Assembly: GCF_009914755.1 (NCBI RefSeq)
Contig: NC_060937.1
Reading direction: 5' to 3' (one strand)
Origin: the human T2T-CHM13v2.0 reference genome, Homo sapiens
Length of the DNA: 64,000 bases
Below the pieces are notes generated by a model. The model worked only from the letters and a program-made list of their open reading frames with translations. It searched no databases and was not told the DNA's origin. A program made the translations under genes and the position numbers. Within the stretch, counting starts at the first letter, position 1, and each line of letters opens with the position of its first letter. Shown here piece after piece: positions 41,166-57,227 of the stretch.

Positions 41166-42492
41166 TGCTCTGGTGTTTCATGATCGTCCCTCTCTCTCTC
41201 CCATACGGTTTTTACTGCAGATGCTTAACTTATTCTGTCTTACCTATTATCTTTAGGATGAAACATTATCTACATTAAAAAGTAGATAAATAAAAACCAT
41301 AGTTAGCATTCTTAAATCCAAATATATAGCATATATAATCAGTCACAGTAAACTCCTTTTACTCATTTCTTAGAAAATGAATTGTTTTAAAATAAGAATA
41401 GATTTTAAGTGGGACATTTTACACAAACTTTCTTAAAATGAGAAAAAGAAATGGAAGCATTGTAATTACACTTTTTCTCTCTGCCAAATTTGGAATCAAT
41501 TGAAGATGACAGAAAGAGAAGACAGAGAGATGGGAATCAAAATATTGGCTATATTACAGATAAAGCTGGACTGGTGAATGCCATTTTGATGAGTGGATTT
41601 AAGTGGTCTTCTTGATATTTTCTCTGCAAAGATGAGCCTTTGAGAATAAGAATTGAAATATATATATTTTCCAGAATAACTGACTCACATTAATTCCATC
41701 TTAATATTGAACAATAATAGAGACAGAGATTCAGAGTTTCAATAAGGCAGGCTTGAGTTCTGACCTTTATGGTGATCTACAGTGCTGTCAATATGATGGA
41801 GGAGAGAAAAGTTGAGTGAGCTGAATGTTAAGGACAGTCCACTCAAAGAAAGACACAATAGGTAATGAGCCTTGTATAATTATTGCTTCTTTACATCATC
41901 ACATAAATCATATAATTTATCCTTGCTCACTTTTTAAGAACTAAATGAAAGGCAGAAATAAGAAAATAAATTCCAATATTTTACCTCTTGAGAAATATAG
42001 TAAAAATACTTTCTTCTCTACAGGTTCTTCCCCTTTACACATCCTTTATGTTTGGTTTTCTTTATTTTTTGGGCTTTTCAGTTAAGTGTTTGGTCAACTA
42101 GGATTGGTATGAAGGTGCACATTCTATTAGAATAGAATTACTTCCATTTTATGATGCCACTCCACCAGTACCAATAATATTTGTGTACTATCCACATGCA
42201 TCTTCAATTTGGGTAAACTTTACAGCTTGCCCCAAAAGGCTTTGAAGTGGATATAATGAAGTGGCATGCTCCTCTTATTTGTTTATGTTTCTTCTCTTTC
42301 TAGCTTTTCAATATTGTTTTGTTAAATTAGTGATCAAAAGTTCATTATGTGTCCCCAATTTCACGCATTTTCTGTGACATGTTAAGTCACTAACTTGCCT
42401 ACTTTGCTATATATGATATTGTTCTCTATCACTGAACCTTCCAATCCCTAAACCCCAGAGATAGTTAGGCATTACAACCCTATCTGTACTAT

Positions 42493-43277
42493 TGATACAG
42501 ATAGGAGACAGTGAAACACTGGGTAGAAGAGGGTGGTTCCCCTGCAAAGCCCCATCCTCAAGCCTGGATTCTTGTGGCCCTAAATCAGGGCAGGCATTCC
42601 AGTTTTCATGCCCAAAAAGTTGCCTACATATAAACCCCACACTCCAGTCTTCAGAAGCAGACAAGCAGGCAAGAAGGTGAGGAGATAAGCAGACAGATGG
42701 TGGAACAATGCAGGAGAGAAAGAGTGAAGAGGAGGAACATCTGAATGCTGCCAGGAATTCAGCTGGGGGTGGTCAGAGAAGAGTTCCATCACTGGAAGGC
42801 CTGACTCCAGGGGAAGATCATCTTCCCACTTCTTCCCCACCCTTCCAGCTCCCCATCCATCCTGCTGAGAGCCACCCCCAACCACTCAACAAAATCTCAC
42901 ATTCATCCTTCAAGCCCACGTGTGATCTGATTCTTCCAGTAGTCAGGGCAAGAGCTCAGGATACAGAAAGCTGTCACACTGGTCCTCTGGCCTTGCAAAA
43001 AGCAGAGGGTCCACTGGGCTGGTTAACAAAATGGTTAACACTTAAAGCTGTCTGTGGACAGCAAGGCTAAGAGAGCATTGTAACACTGAGGTTGCAGGCA
43101 CCCACCCCTAAACAGTACCATGGGGCCAGAGCCCAAAGAACTGACCCTGGCCTCTGCACCTGCCCTTCTATGTGCTCCCCCTCCCACAAAGGGTTTGAGC
43201 AATGGCAGCGACCCAACAGAAGAGTCACACCCCTGTTGCACATCCTGCGAGAAGGATCTGGGAGCTCTCCCATTTCA
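42493..43277 (+). mobile_element. Solo ERV1 LTR, LTR1/LTR27/LTR28 group
   Basis: TGATACAGATAGGAGACAG...CTGGGTAGAAGAGGG...CATTTCA; TSD ctat. Confidence 0.85.
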
Positions 43278-43388
43278 CTATTTCAAGACAACTGGCAGGT
43301 CCTTTGTGGTTGTGATGAGGCAGAGTGACGCTGGAAGACTCAAGGTTCACATATATGCCGTTAAAATTTGAGGGTGATTCATATAGTA

Positions 43389-43683
43389 TTTTTCTTTTTT
43401 TTAGACAGATTCTCACTGTGTCACCCAGGCTGGAGTGGAGTGGTGCCATCTCGGTTCACTGCAACCTCTGCCACCTGGGTTTAAGTAATTCTTGTGACTC
43501 AGTCTCCTGAGTAGATGGGACTACAGGCATGTTCCACCATTCCCGGCTAATTTTTGTATTTTTAGTAGAGATGGGGTTTCACCATGTTGGCCAGGCTCAT
43601 CTCAAACTCCTGACCTCAGGTGATCCACCCACCTCGGCCTCCCAAAGTGCTGGAATTACAGGCATGAGACACTGCACCCGGCC
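43389..43683 (-). mobile_element. AluSx/Sz
   Basis: Full-length antisense Alu; degenerate TSD tc(a/t)tata(g/c)tattt. Confidence 0.9.
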
Positions 43684-43719
43684 TCTTATACTATTTTGCC
43701 ATTGAAGTAATAGCTATGA

Positions 43720-44220
43720 GAAACTAGAATGTCATATTAGGAAACGTTGCCTAATTTGATATGTCTGATTACACATCAGGGTTTTTGCTTGGTGAGCTAA
43801 ATAAAGGTAATTATATGTTACTAGCAGAGTATCAAAATGAATTTAAATAAGATATGGGCTTTTCAAACCAGAAAAACACATAAGAAAAATATATTCTTTA
43901 ACCATAGCTAAGCGATTAGGAACTAAGTGTCACCTGAAAGGAGGCAAATGTGTGTGTGTGTGTGCGTGTGTGTGTGTGCATGTGTGTGTGTGTGTATGTG
44001 GGTGTGTGTGAAAGAGTGTGTGTGTGTGTTTAAATTCTGGGAGAAAAGCTGTTGCCTGAATGTTTCTCCAGCTCCTTGTCAGATTTCAACTTATTACCAG
44101 ATAACTAATATTCTCATTTAATAAAAATGCTACACATTTTAATGTGTGTGGAATGCATAAATATACTTTTAGCCTGTCTTCAATAATTGACTTTGGGAAC
44201 CTAAAGCAAAAATTATAGTT
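43720..44220 (+). mobile_element. MLT2-like ERVL LTR remnant containing a (TG)n tract at 43949-44028
   Basis: aaagctgttgcctgaatgtttctccagc...cagatttcaactt...ttaataaaa. Confidence 0.4.
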
Positions 44221-44450
44221 TCTGGTATACATTTGGAGGATAAGAATGACAGAGGTCATTGGATTCTAAGAACTTATAAGGATATCTGTTCTCTTTCAAA
44301 ACCAGGAATTTGATCAATATATAAAAATGAATTGACAGCGGTATTAGTTTTGATTACTATGTAACAATTTACCACAAGTTAGCATCTTAAAACAACTCAA
44401 ATTAGATATGTCAATTTCTGTGGATACATGTCTGGATATAGGTTAGTGTG

Positions 44451-44783
44451 CAGCAGTCTCCAGCCTTTTTGGTACCAGGGACCAGCTTCAGGGAAGACAA
44501 TTTTTCTAGGGATTGAGGGTAATTGTTTCAGAATGAAATTGTTAACTGTTCTATTCTACATCAGATAATCAGGCATTAGGGTCTCATAAGGATCACACAT
44601 CCTAGATCCCTCTAATGCTTAGTTCATGCACCTGTGAGAATCTAATGCCACTGCTGATCTGACAGAAGGTGGATCTCAGGCGGTAACGCTCGCTCACCCA
44701 CTGCTCACATCCTGCTGTGTGGTCTGGTTCCTAACAGGCCATGGACCAGTACTGGTCCATGGCCTATGACTTGGGGACCTCTG
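44451..44783 (+). mobile_element. MER1B (hAT-Charlie MITE)
   Basis: cagcagtctccagcctttttggtaccagggacc...tctcataagga...gagaatctaatgcc...ttggggacctctg. Confidence 0.9.
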
Positions 44784-45216
44784 CATTAGTGGATCCTTTG
44801 CAGAGGGTCTCCTCAGGATGAAATCACGGTGTTGACTGGAACTGCAGTCTCATTTAAGGCTGAGTGCTTTTCCAAGCGCACTGATTGTTGGCAGAGTTCT
44901 GTGCTCCATGGTTATAGTACTGAAGTTTCAAGGTCCTAGAGACAACCTACTGTTCCTAGCCATGTGGCATCTCCACATCTTAGCAGTATGTTTCTTCAAA
45001 GCCAGTGAGTGATTGTCTTAGCTATATTAGTGTCTCTGACTTCTCATGCATCTGATGTCCAGATCGTTTTATCAAGCACACAATCTGATTAGATTGGAGC
45101 TACCCAGGATAATGTTCCTTTAATTAAATTAAATTCAAGTGGTTATGGATCTTAATTACATCTATAAAATCTCTTCACATTTTTTATATAAAGTGACCTA
45201 ATTGCTGTAGTAATAT

Positions 45217-45580
45217 TGAGGCAGGAGAATAGGGTCTGGGGGCAGGGAACCTAAGGACTTCCTATAACTAAATCAAACAGAAAAATCCCAACCTTCTACA
45301 CCAAGTAAATAACTTTATAACTTCACTTCAGCCATGGCGGGAAACATTCTCTTCATTTACATAGAGGATACACCAAGTAATCAATGGGAAACCTCTAGAG
45401 GATGTTTAAACCCCAGAAAATTCTGTAACTGGCGCTCTTGAGCTGCTTGCTGGAGCCCACTCCCACTCTGTGGAATATACTTTCATTTCAATAAATCTGT
45501 GCTTTTCTTTAATATCTTTGTGCATTTTGTCTAATTCTTTGTTCAAAATGCCAAAACCTGGACACCCTTCACCAGTAACA
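45217..45580 (+). mobile_element. MER51-family solo LTR (ERV1)
   Basis: TGAGGCAGGAGAATAGGGTCTGG...AATAAA...CAGTAACA; TSD atat. Confidence 0.88.
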
Positions 45581-45946
45581 ATATTACATCATATTCACCG
45601 ATCGCACCCACATTCAAGGAATAGAGATTACACAAGGCACGTGTACCAGGAAGTGAAAATCTTGGGGAACATATTAGAATTCTACCTATCAGTACCAGGC
45701 AAACTCTACCAAACAATCTGAAGCGCCACAGGCTTCATGATAAGAGCTCATGATAAGAGCTCACTTGGGTTGGGAGAGGTTATCACATCAAAATTCCTGT
45801 GAGATTACCCTAACCATTGCATAGATATCACCAAACTAACCTGGAACTAATCATGTGTGCACATGCGCACATACACGTACCTGTTGCATTAGCCAAAGGT
45901 TTAGGGTATTCTCAATTAATTGTGTATGGAGTGCTACTGGGAATTC

Positions 45947-46460
45947 TGTGGTGAGATAGATTCTCAAACCAAGGAGATAAACAGAGCCAGAGCTCAGAAC
46001 CAGCAATTTTCGTTATTGTGATGGTGAACAAAGAATTGCACACTAACACCACAAAGCAAGATCAAAGCAAAGTTTATCGAAGCATAGTAATGCACTCTCA
46101 AAGGGCAGCGGGCTGATTTCAAATCAGCACACCTTTACAAAACTCAAGATGCTTATATGGGGTTTGTGGGGAGTTGAGGTTTGGGCTGTATCGGAGTGAC
46201 AGGATAATGTTATTTGATTGGTAGTTTACGGTTATATAAGTAACGTTACACTGCACATGTTTTAACACATAATTCGTTAAGAAAAGCCCATTTGGGAGGG
46301 CAAAACCACATGTAAATTTTATGATAATGATGGTATAATGAACTTAGGGTGATCTCGAGGACACGGTTTCATGTTATTGGGCATTTGCCCCTTTAGGGGA
46401 TTTTCACCTGTGCCCTGGTTTCTTTTTCTCCAGGATGGGCTGACCACAGACTTTACCACA
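45947..46460 (-). mobile_element. Solo LTR, family not assigned
   Basis: Inverted termini tgtggtga / ttaccaca, near-TSD aattc / aactc, antisense polyA-like aagtttat and TATA-like cttatat. Confidence 0.6.
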
Positions 46461-47018
46461 AACTCCATCCGTTAAGGTGGAGTTAGGGTGGTCTTAGGAC
46501 TGAACTTAGAGTCTATCTAGGCCTAATAGAAATAATGAAGTAACTGTTGCTAAAAGGAGATGATGTGTTTCCCCAGATGAAGTCTCAGAAATAAGTGGGA
46601 GGCAATTGAGAAATGGATTTGTTTGGAAACCCTCTTAGAAATAGAAATATGATCTTGTGTTACATGTGAGCTGTGACTGAAGTGTGTGTACAGACACATG
46701 CTCCCATCCACTGGGATTGAGTGGCTCTACTACTGCTGCGCATTGCATGCAATGGATTCTTTTAATAGCAATCTTTGGTAGTGATAACCTTGTAACTGGT
46801 GTCAGAAGCAGCATAATAAGCTTTGGGAATAGGCCAAGTATATGTGGAAGTGTCAAGCATCTCGTGGTAAATAAGATCATGGATTCCTACTTGGGATGGT
46901 TGTACAACCAATTTGGAGGAAAAGCTGATTTTCTATTCAAATTATAAAGAAAAGATACGGCAACTGAAAAAGGGGCTGGCACTTCCATAAGGGCAAAGTT
47001 TCACCATCTAAATTAGTG

Positions 47019-47190
47019 ATACCTAAATTGGGATGTCTTTACAATTACTTCGGAGCTTGCAGAAATACTAATAGCTGGGCCCTCTTCCAAACCAACTTAG
47101 AAAAAGAAATATTAGGATGGGACCTACACATTTATGCTGTTTAACATCTATCCAAGTGATGATAATGTGCAAACAGAATTGAGCACTATT
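47019..47190. mobile_element. MER5A (hAT MITE)
   Basis: gagcttgcagaaatac...ctgggccc...tttaaca...caagtgat...ttgagcact. Confidence 0.6.
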
Positions 47191-47204
47191 TATTCAAATG
47201 ATTG

Positions 47205-48825
47205 ATTTTTTATTGTTTTATGCGTGCATGGGTCTCTTCCTGGACTCTGTTTCATTCCCTTGTTCTATATGTCTACCTTGATGCCAATAATGAACTGACT
47301 TTATTACTTTAGCACTATAATAAATCTGTAAGTCAAGTAATAGACACCTTTCAACATTATTTTTCTTTTTCCACAATTGTTTTATCTAGTGTAGGTCTTA
47401 CATATTCCCATGTGAATTTTAGGATCAGCTTGTCTATTTCAACAAAAACCTTTCTGGGGTTTTATATGGGATTGCATTGAATTTATATGGGATTGCATTG
47501 AATTTAGAGAACTATGGGCAACATTAACATCATTATAATATTGACTCCTCAGATACATGATTAATGTTTATTGGTCTACTTATTTAGGACTTCTAACATT
47601 TCTCACAGCAATCATATGTATATGATGTTTGTTATATGACATATTATTAAGTATATGTAAACATATATATATATATATGATATACTTACCAAATATGTAA
47701 GTTGTCAGAGTTAAAGCCTTGCACATCTTTTTGTCAGACAGGCACATAAGGAATTCAATTCATATTTTAAAATATTTGTAAATATTATTTTTACTTCCAC
47801 TTCTAATTATTCTTTGCTAAAGTATAAACTTTACAAATGATTTTCATATACTGGTCTTTTAAGCAACCTTGCTAAATTCACTTACTAATCTGGTAGCTTT
47901 TTCTGTAGAATGTTAATGGATATTCTATATAGACAATCAGGCTGTCTGTGAATAGAAGCATTTTTATTTCTTTATAAATCTGAATGCATTTCCTTTCTCA
48001 CTCTTGACTTATTTTATTTGGTAGACTCTCTAGTACAATGTTTAAAAAATAATAAGTGTGCACACACTTTTTTTTTTATCTTAGGGTGAAGGGATTCAGC
48101 CTTTCACCACTAGCTGTGTCACACAGATTCCCTTTATAAGTTTGGAGACATTCTATTCTATTTCTAAGGTACTAAGAGTTTATCAGAAATCAAAGTTGGA
48201 TTTTGACAAATGCTATTTTCACATCCAGTGAGAATGTCATTTTTTTCTCTTTCATTTAATATGATGTATTATATTTATTGAATTACTAAAGTTAAACCAA
48301 CTTTTTATTTCTTGGTTAAAGCCTACTTGAATCATGATGTATTAACCTTTTCACATATTGCTAGATTCGATTTGCTAAAATTTTCCTTAAAATTTTGCAT
48401 TTATATTCTTGAGGGATGTTCAACTGTAGTTTTCTTTTCCTGTAGTACCATTATCAGGTTTTAACATTAAATCAGGTCAGGCCACATACAATTATTTGAG
48501 AATTATTTTCTTCTCTTTAATTTTATGAAACAGTTGGTATAGAGTTGATTTTATTTACTTTTAAATGGTTGGTAGAGTTTACCATTTGATATATCTGAGG
48601 CTCAAATTTTCTTTGTGGATAAGTTTTTAACTAAAAAGTCAATTTCTCTGATACATATATGGACTTTTATGTTACCTAATTCTACTTCAAAGCCCTTTAG
48701 TTTTTAGTTTGTGTCCTTTGAGAAATTTGCTCATTTCACATAAGTTTGTGAATAAAATTATCTATTATTTTATTATCTGAAGAGTCTATAGAGGTGTCAT
48801 ATCTCTCATTCCTGATATCAGCGTA
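47205..48825 (-). mobile_element. Old L1M (L1MC/MD/ME) ORF2 fragment
   Basis: tgaattttaggatcagcttgtc, gggattgcattgaattta, ttgctaaattcactt, gctagattcgatttgctaa. Confidence 0.85.
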
Positions 48826-49050
48826 ATCCCCTCGGAAGAAAGAATTATTGCAAGATATTAAAAAATTAATTTTACTTCCAAAGTTCAGATTCCATGATCG
48901 TTTCTCCCCTTTACTTTTTAAACTAAAACCTAAATCTATTAATTATTAATATTTAGAGACATTTCCAGAACTCATAAAACATTTTCAGAAAAAGAAAAAA
49001 AATTGATCAATTTTCAAAAGGATATATTTTCTGGTAATTTAAAATTATCT

Positions 49051-49667
<617 letters not shown>

Positions 49668-50423
49668 GAAGATTTTCTGTGATCTGAGCCTCACATTTAG
49701 AACTTGTGTATGAGTGCTTCATTTGTTAGAAATTGTACAGTATGTTTTATGAATTTAGAAAAGATTGAGCTATCAGAACAGTCTGATAACAGAGATCAGA
49801 AGAGTCTATTTATACATTAAAAATCTATTGTAATTTTATATCCAAATATCTTCCTCTGGAGTATAATACTGAAACTACTTTGATTTGCAAGAACCTGTAA
49901 CAATTTATGGTCCAGGTAATATAATGCTTGTCTGAAAATTTTAATAATGTCCTTTTATATCTGTTGACTTTTATTATTTCCTTTCGTATACATCTTCAGA
50001 AGTCAAAAATGTGTTTTCCATCTTATAAAACCAAGGATTTAGTTTTAAGATATCAGCATTATTTGAATTTTAGAGTTATTTTACATTTATTTACTGTGAT
50101 TTATAGGCACTAAACCTAAAATTTAGATCATTGAAAGTGTACCTCCATGTTTTTCCAGAAATTTATTTTTTGGATGTAACTTTACCTAATAACCACTCGT
50201 TGGTATACATTTTAATAATAAAAATTCACAATAGGTTGAATTAAAAAGCTAATACTAAGTAAGTACCCTTTTTCCATTCTCCATAGACAATAGGCTGAAT
50301 CAGAGTAGGGTTGGCTTCATGACCAAGAAGTATTAAGATTTCTCACAAGACTCAGAAGGGCACTCATTATGTTAAAGGAAGGTTGCTTCCTAGCTTGGCT
50401 GACAACATAATTCACCCCAATGA

Positions 50424-50736
<313 letters not shown>

Positions 50737-52797
50737 GGTCTTGCCTTTCTAAATGGTGTACTGTAATATGTTCCTAATACTATGACTGCTAGGAAAATTT
50801 TTAGAGCCAGTAGAAGTCAGTCCTAAGGTAACAACTTACAATTTAGACAACATTATAAATATACCATGCAAATGCATGAAGAAACCTCACTTGTTAATCG
50901 TTTAGAAATCTTTGCCATTCTGTGGTCCATATTCATAATACAAATGGCTTAAAAATTAGGAGGGTGATAAGTCAACATTATAGAGTGAACTGTTCTTAAT
51001 GAGGTTTCATTTAAGAAAAAATGAGAAGGTGGATGAAAATTGTGCGAAAGAACTCATTCAGCATAGAGGCTGAACCTGAGTATACACTGACCCTAATTAG
51101 GCTGCCAGTTTCTTCCCTAGTGCTCTCACCAGCTCAGACCTGGACTTGGCAACACTCTTTTTATAGGAGCAATCTCAAATAATTTGTTTATATCAATGCT
51201 CCAGCTCTTTATTCTTGCTAACAATCAGAACTCTTTTAAGGAAACCTGGAAATGCCAAATGGCCACAGGACTGGCTGCATCTAAGGTGACTGCAGTGTCA
51301 CAGTCTGATGAGATTACTCTCCATTTTGAGCTGGATCATTAGAAACAGCCCTGAGGAACCAGATAGAGACAAATTGTCTTCATTAGAAATTATCCTTAAC
51401 TCTCGATGAAAATACTAGTTTATATTAAATTTATCACATTAGCTGGAACCTATTTTTTAATGTCAGTAAAGACATTGTTATTTCCTAAAGCAGAAACTTG
51501 CTAAATAGAAAGATAGTTTCAAACTTCCTTTAGTTCTTGATTCTTTTCTAAGAAGGTGTAAGAAACATACAGCTTTGTATTGTTTTCTAAGAAAAATTGG
51601 AATCTTTTGTGGCGCCTGCTTGGGTGTAATCAGAAGCCACTTTCAGCTCTCCTTTTTTGGATTATTTTCTAGCCTGAAAATGTCTTTTGTTTTGACTCTG
51701 ATTTGTTCAGGTTTTTCCAGGCAGGCAAATTGTTACTTGTAAAAACTGTTATAATGAAAGTTTTGTTTTGGGGCAGGTAATTTCCAGATGTTTGTTTGTT
51801 ATTTCCTGGGAGGGCTCATGAGGGTCACCCATATGTATTGCAACAGGAAGGTGCCATATGTCCAAACTAATTGGAATTGTTTCTAATCTGAGAGTTTAGA
51901 AGCCTTGATTGTTTAATCTTAATGAGCAAGAAAGACCCATAACAGGCTTCGAGTAGAGAACCATTTCCTCATTTATATAGAGAAAGAGGAATTGATTGGA
52001 ACAATACCTAATGGACCCCCAAAGTCATTTTTTGGTAGGACAAATACAACACAAGCTTTCCTGTACTGAGGAGGACAATAGAGTCAGTAAGAATTTGTGT
52101 TGCCAATTAAACAGGAGTTTGGGTAGAGTGGTTTAAGAGTTTTCTTTTGTGGAGAGGGGGTTACTTTAGTAGCCATTAAATTAATACAACTTTTCCCTGA
52201 AAAGTAAAATAGATACGTGTCAAATATAACTTGTAAGTACTAATTTTTTCACACATTAAACGCATAATTTTATACCTTTTAGAGAATTTAGCCTTTTTAT
52301 TATTAGAGAATTTAGCTTTTGGTTATATTTTTAACTAGAGGAGACAATAATTATAGAATCTATTGTATCATTTGTAAGGCAAATAAAAGCTTTTAACTTA
52401 ATGTGATATAATTTAATGTAACTTAATTTTATCACATTTTGAGTGGAGTATAGGCTTGTATTTGATATATATTTCTTAGCATTAATTTATAAATTGTTCA
52501 GTTTACATAATCATCCTAAATTATGTTAAAATACAGTATTATATCATCAGAGTTTTTGGAAAAAGTGAAACTGAATCTCTAATAGAAATTAGAACAAATT
52601 AAGAAAAAATTGATGTTTACATGTTAAAACTATTAGAATACTATTATATCAGTTTCTAACTGATTCATTAAACATATTCAAATTCTAATAAGTAAGTGAA
52701 ACCATTCTATTTTTTGCCAAAAAATATTTGATGACATCCAGATACTGCACACACCAAAATGACTTACCAGGGAAACATAATTATCTACTCTTTGAAT

Positions 52798-53340
<543 letters not shown>

Positions 53341-54424
53341 AATGATCACTATTTTCAAAACATTGTTTGAAGACCTGTATATGTAGATTATCTACAATTT
53401 AATCCTGGGGAGAAAAAAACCCTATAAAGCTGATATTGTTATTACATTTTTATTTTCTTCTTTTCTTTGATTATCATCAAATAATGACATTTTTAATGAT
53501 AAATCTAAATCTAACCAGGTGTTTTGAAAAATACACAAAGCATAATTACATAAAGTTTTAAGTGAAGCTCAATCTTTTGTAGATCTCTAGCAAATAATAT
53601 CAAATATTAGTCAAATTAGATATTTGTTCTTGGGAATTAAGTCTTTCAATACTTCTCAAATATGTTCTAAACCTAATTACATATAGTTGAACCTAACAAA
53701 ATGATTTATAAAATGTAGCACTTATTGTTTTCATTCAGATATGTCTAATATTTGAAACTACATTCTGATATTCTGGTAGTCTTTTTAATTTCTTGTGGTA
53801 TAACTTATGATTTATATATCATTTAGTCTTGCCAACTTCTGAATTATTAACAGTGAGGACATAATTATGACTTTAGATTTTTGTCTCCAGTTGCTTATTT
53901 GATATTTTAATTCATAATTTTTCAATAGAGTTTATTATTTACAAACAACCCCCAACGACTATAACTAGATGTCTATCTCTACTTTTCCCTGACAGAGAAG
54001 TTAGTAAATCACTTAATACTGGAGAGTTGACACACCAGGGTCTGGATTACAAACACAAATGAAAATGTCAACAACCAAGATTTGATATAATTATACAGTT
54101 TTTAAATGATTTTAAAATAAAGTTTCAAATACATTTTGAATATTTCAAAAAAAAAGAGTTCTCATGCCTCCCCTATTTTCATGTTAGAGAACCCTATTGA
54201 GAAAGAGAGAGAAAAAAGATCTTTTTTTGCCTAAAAACTCAATAAGGACCATCTAGTTAGCAGCATTGAAGTTCAACAGGTCTTTGAGTAGCGAATAACA
54301 CATATTAAGAGGCACACAGTTCATTAATAGATCCATTTCTTCTTAGTGTCAATTACAAGAATATATAATTTAAAAGGATAAAGAATAATTAAGAGATAAT
54401 AAACGATATAATGATATTAAGCCT

Positions 54425-54586
54425 TGACACTTCAAGTGTGGCCTGTGGACTAGTCATATGGGTATCACTTCAAAGCATAATTAGAAATGCAAATTCATAG
54501 GCCCCCTCCACACTGACAAAATCAGAATCTGCTTTTAACAAGATCTCCAGGGAACTAGCATAAAAATTGAAGTCTGAGAAGCACTG
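54425..54586. mobile_element. MER5A1-like hAT MITE
   Basis: aagtgtggcc...ttagaaatgcaaattc..aggcccc...atcagaatctgc.tttaacaagatc...tgagaagcactg. Confidence 0.8.
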
Positions 54587-56418
54587 AAATAAATTAATAA
54601 GTTATCAAAAGATATGACAGTAAGAAAAATGTTTCTCACCTCTTTATAAATTGTGTTTATATTTATAAAAAAATTAATTTTGTCCTTAAGAGATATGTAT
54701 GTGTTAGGAGTAGGAATGGAATGAAGTCTTCCTGAAGTGAGATTAATGTTGCAGAGTACCACAGAAAAATGAAGCTAGGCCCCATAGGAAAGATCATAGT
54801 TGTGGAAATATCCCACTGAAGTTAGGAACTGGAACACCAAAGAATTAATGAAGGGTTGTCAATGTTTTTGATATTGGTAGCTTCATACACAAGACTCCAG
54901 CTACATAAAATTTGTGAAAGCTTAAAGAATGGTTATCAATTAGGTACTGATAACAGGGATACATTATAGAAAAAAAGATTTTCAGAATGGCAGTTTGAAG
55001 TCAGAACTAACTCTACAGACCTGCTCCCTAGTAAAATAAGCATAATTGATAAAAATTATATTTTTAAAACCTACAACAATTTAGAGTCTCTGAAAATTAT
55101 CTTGAGGGTAAACAGAGAAGAAAGAAACATTGATTCAATAATATGTTAAAACCTGGTAAGAACAGGGAGAATTTATGGCATTTGAAACAAGATTCATTGG
55201 TTTTCTCTCTCTCCTTATTATTCAGCATGATGGAAAGTTCAGATAGGTATATCCTAGAACACCTGGCTTTAACCCAGCTTCTGGTGAAGATCCATGGTGT
55301 CTTTCTTGTAATGGAAAGGCTACCAGCCTTTTTTTATCTCCCCAGATAGAGCTGCAGGGACTAAACTCCAGGTGAGTGACAAGCTCTGGGGTTTTCTTCT
55401 TCTACACAATCCCAATTGTAATGCAGATCGCCTACCTCAGGCACACAGTGCTGAGAACATTGGGATCCCAATTACCCTTCCTCAACTTTGTTTAAAGTAA
55501 AAATGTTTAACATTGGAAACTACAAGTGAAGAAATGGGAGATATTATTAATCTCTCTAACATTTTTTAAGCTCTCTAACATTTAATGGGGGCATCAGAAG
55601 GAGAGGAGAGAGAAAGATGAGGAGAAAGAAGTATTAGAAAAAACTAATGGCTGAAAACATCCCAAATTGATTAAAAACCTTAACTACACGTTATAAAAAT
55701 TAATTAACTCCAAATAGGATAAACATGAAGAGACTCCACATCCGGATATAATATACTAAAAATGCTGAAAAACAAAAATAAAGAGAAAATCTTGAAAGCA
55801 ATAAGAAATACTTGTCACTTATAAGAAACATTCTATAAGATTAACTGCTGACATCTCAACAGCCATCATGAAAGCAAGAAAGCAGTGGTATGACATACGC
55901 AAACTGCTGAGAGAGAAAAAAGTCAGCCAAACAAGAATTCTATATCTACCAAAATCTTAAAATGTGAAGGCAAAATACAGAGAGTCCTATATAAAAAAAT
56001 AACTGAGGAATGTGTTCCTAGAAAATCTGCCTTAAAAGAAATGTTAAAATGAAATTCTTATGATAAAACAAAGACATATATAGTAATTTGAATCTACATA
56101 AAGAAGCAAAAATTACCAGTAAAGGTAATTATGCCATTATAAACAAGATAAGTAATATCTAAATCCATATTTTCTCCTTTCTTCTGTTAAGTAAAGAGCA
56201 ATTGTGTAAAAAAAGCATATAATTGTTTGGTTGAGCCTATAACATACAGAAATGAAATACATTTGGTAATAACAGCACAAAGGAGGTGAGTGGAAGAATA
56301 GTTTTGTTGGAATGAGAAAAAGACACTAGATGGTAACTTGAATCCACAAGGACAGATAAAGAAAACAAAGAGCAAATAAACAATATTAATATTGCAAACA
56401 TCATAAATCTATACTTAG

Positions 56419-56739
<321 letters not shown>

Positions 56740-56894
56740 CAGTTTCTTTAAAAGACATAGAATTATATATGTTAATAAATTTAATAAGGTAGTCTTGGGT
56801 TTGTAATATTAATATATGTAATATTTGTTTTAAAAATAGCACAAAAAGGCAGAAATATAATACCACTAGGTAGAAAAAAAAATCTTTATATATG

Positions 56895-57227
56895 TAGTCA
56901 CCTCTCAATATTCATGGAGGATTAGCTTAGGAACTCTCACAGTTACCAAAATCCACAGATGCTCAAGTCTCTGATATAAAGTGATTTAGGATTTGCATAT
57001 AACCTATATACATCTTCCCGTATATTTTAAATTATCTCTAGACCACTTATAAACCCAGTATAATGCAAATGGTATGTAAATAGTTATTATAATGTATTTA
57101 TTTAGGAAATAATGACAAGTGAAAGAATTCTGTACATGTTCAGTACAGACACAATTTTTAGAAAATATTTTTCATCCACAGGTGGTTGAATACATGGATA
57201 TGAAAGCCACAAATATAAAGTCAAGTA
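56895..57227 (+). mobile_element. MER2
   Basis: accaaaatccacagatgctcaagtc...tttgcatataaccta...ctgtacatgttcagtacagac. Confidence 0.88.

Larger units (their letters stand above)
44340..45692 (-). mobile_element. MLT1E-type MaLR LTR hosting MER1B and MER51
   Basis: gtattagtttt...gtaacaatttaccacaa...acccaggataat...cttaattacatct...ttagaattctacctatca. Confidence 0.8.

Noticed and set aside
42407-43371. Cluster of overlapping ORFs (also at 7273-7817)
   Set aside because: They arise from GC-rich LTR sequence with few stop codons; no recognisable gag, pol or env homology.
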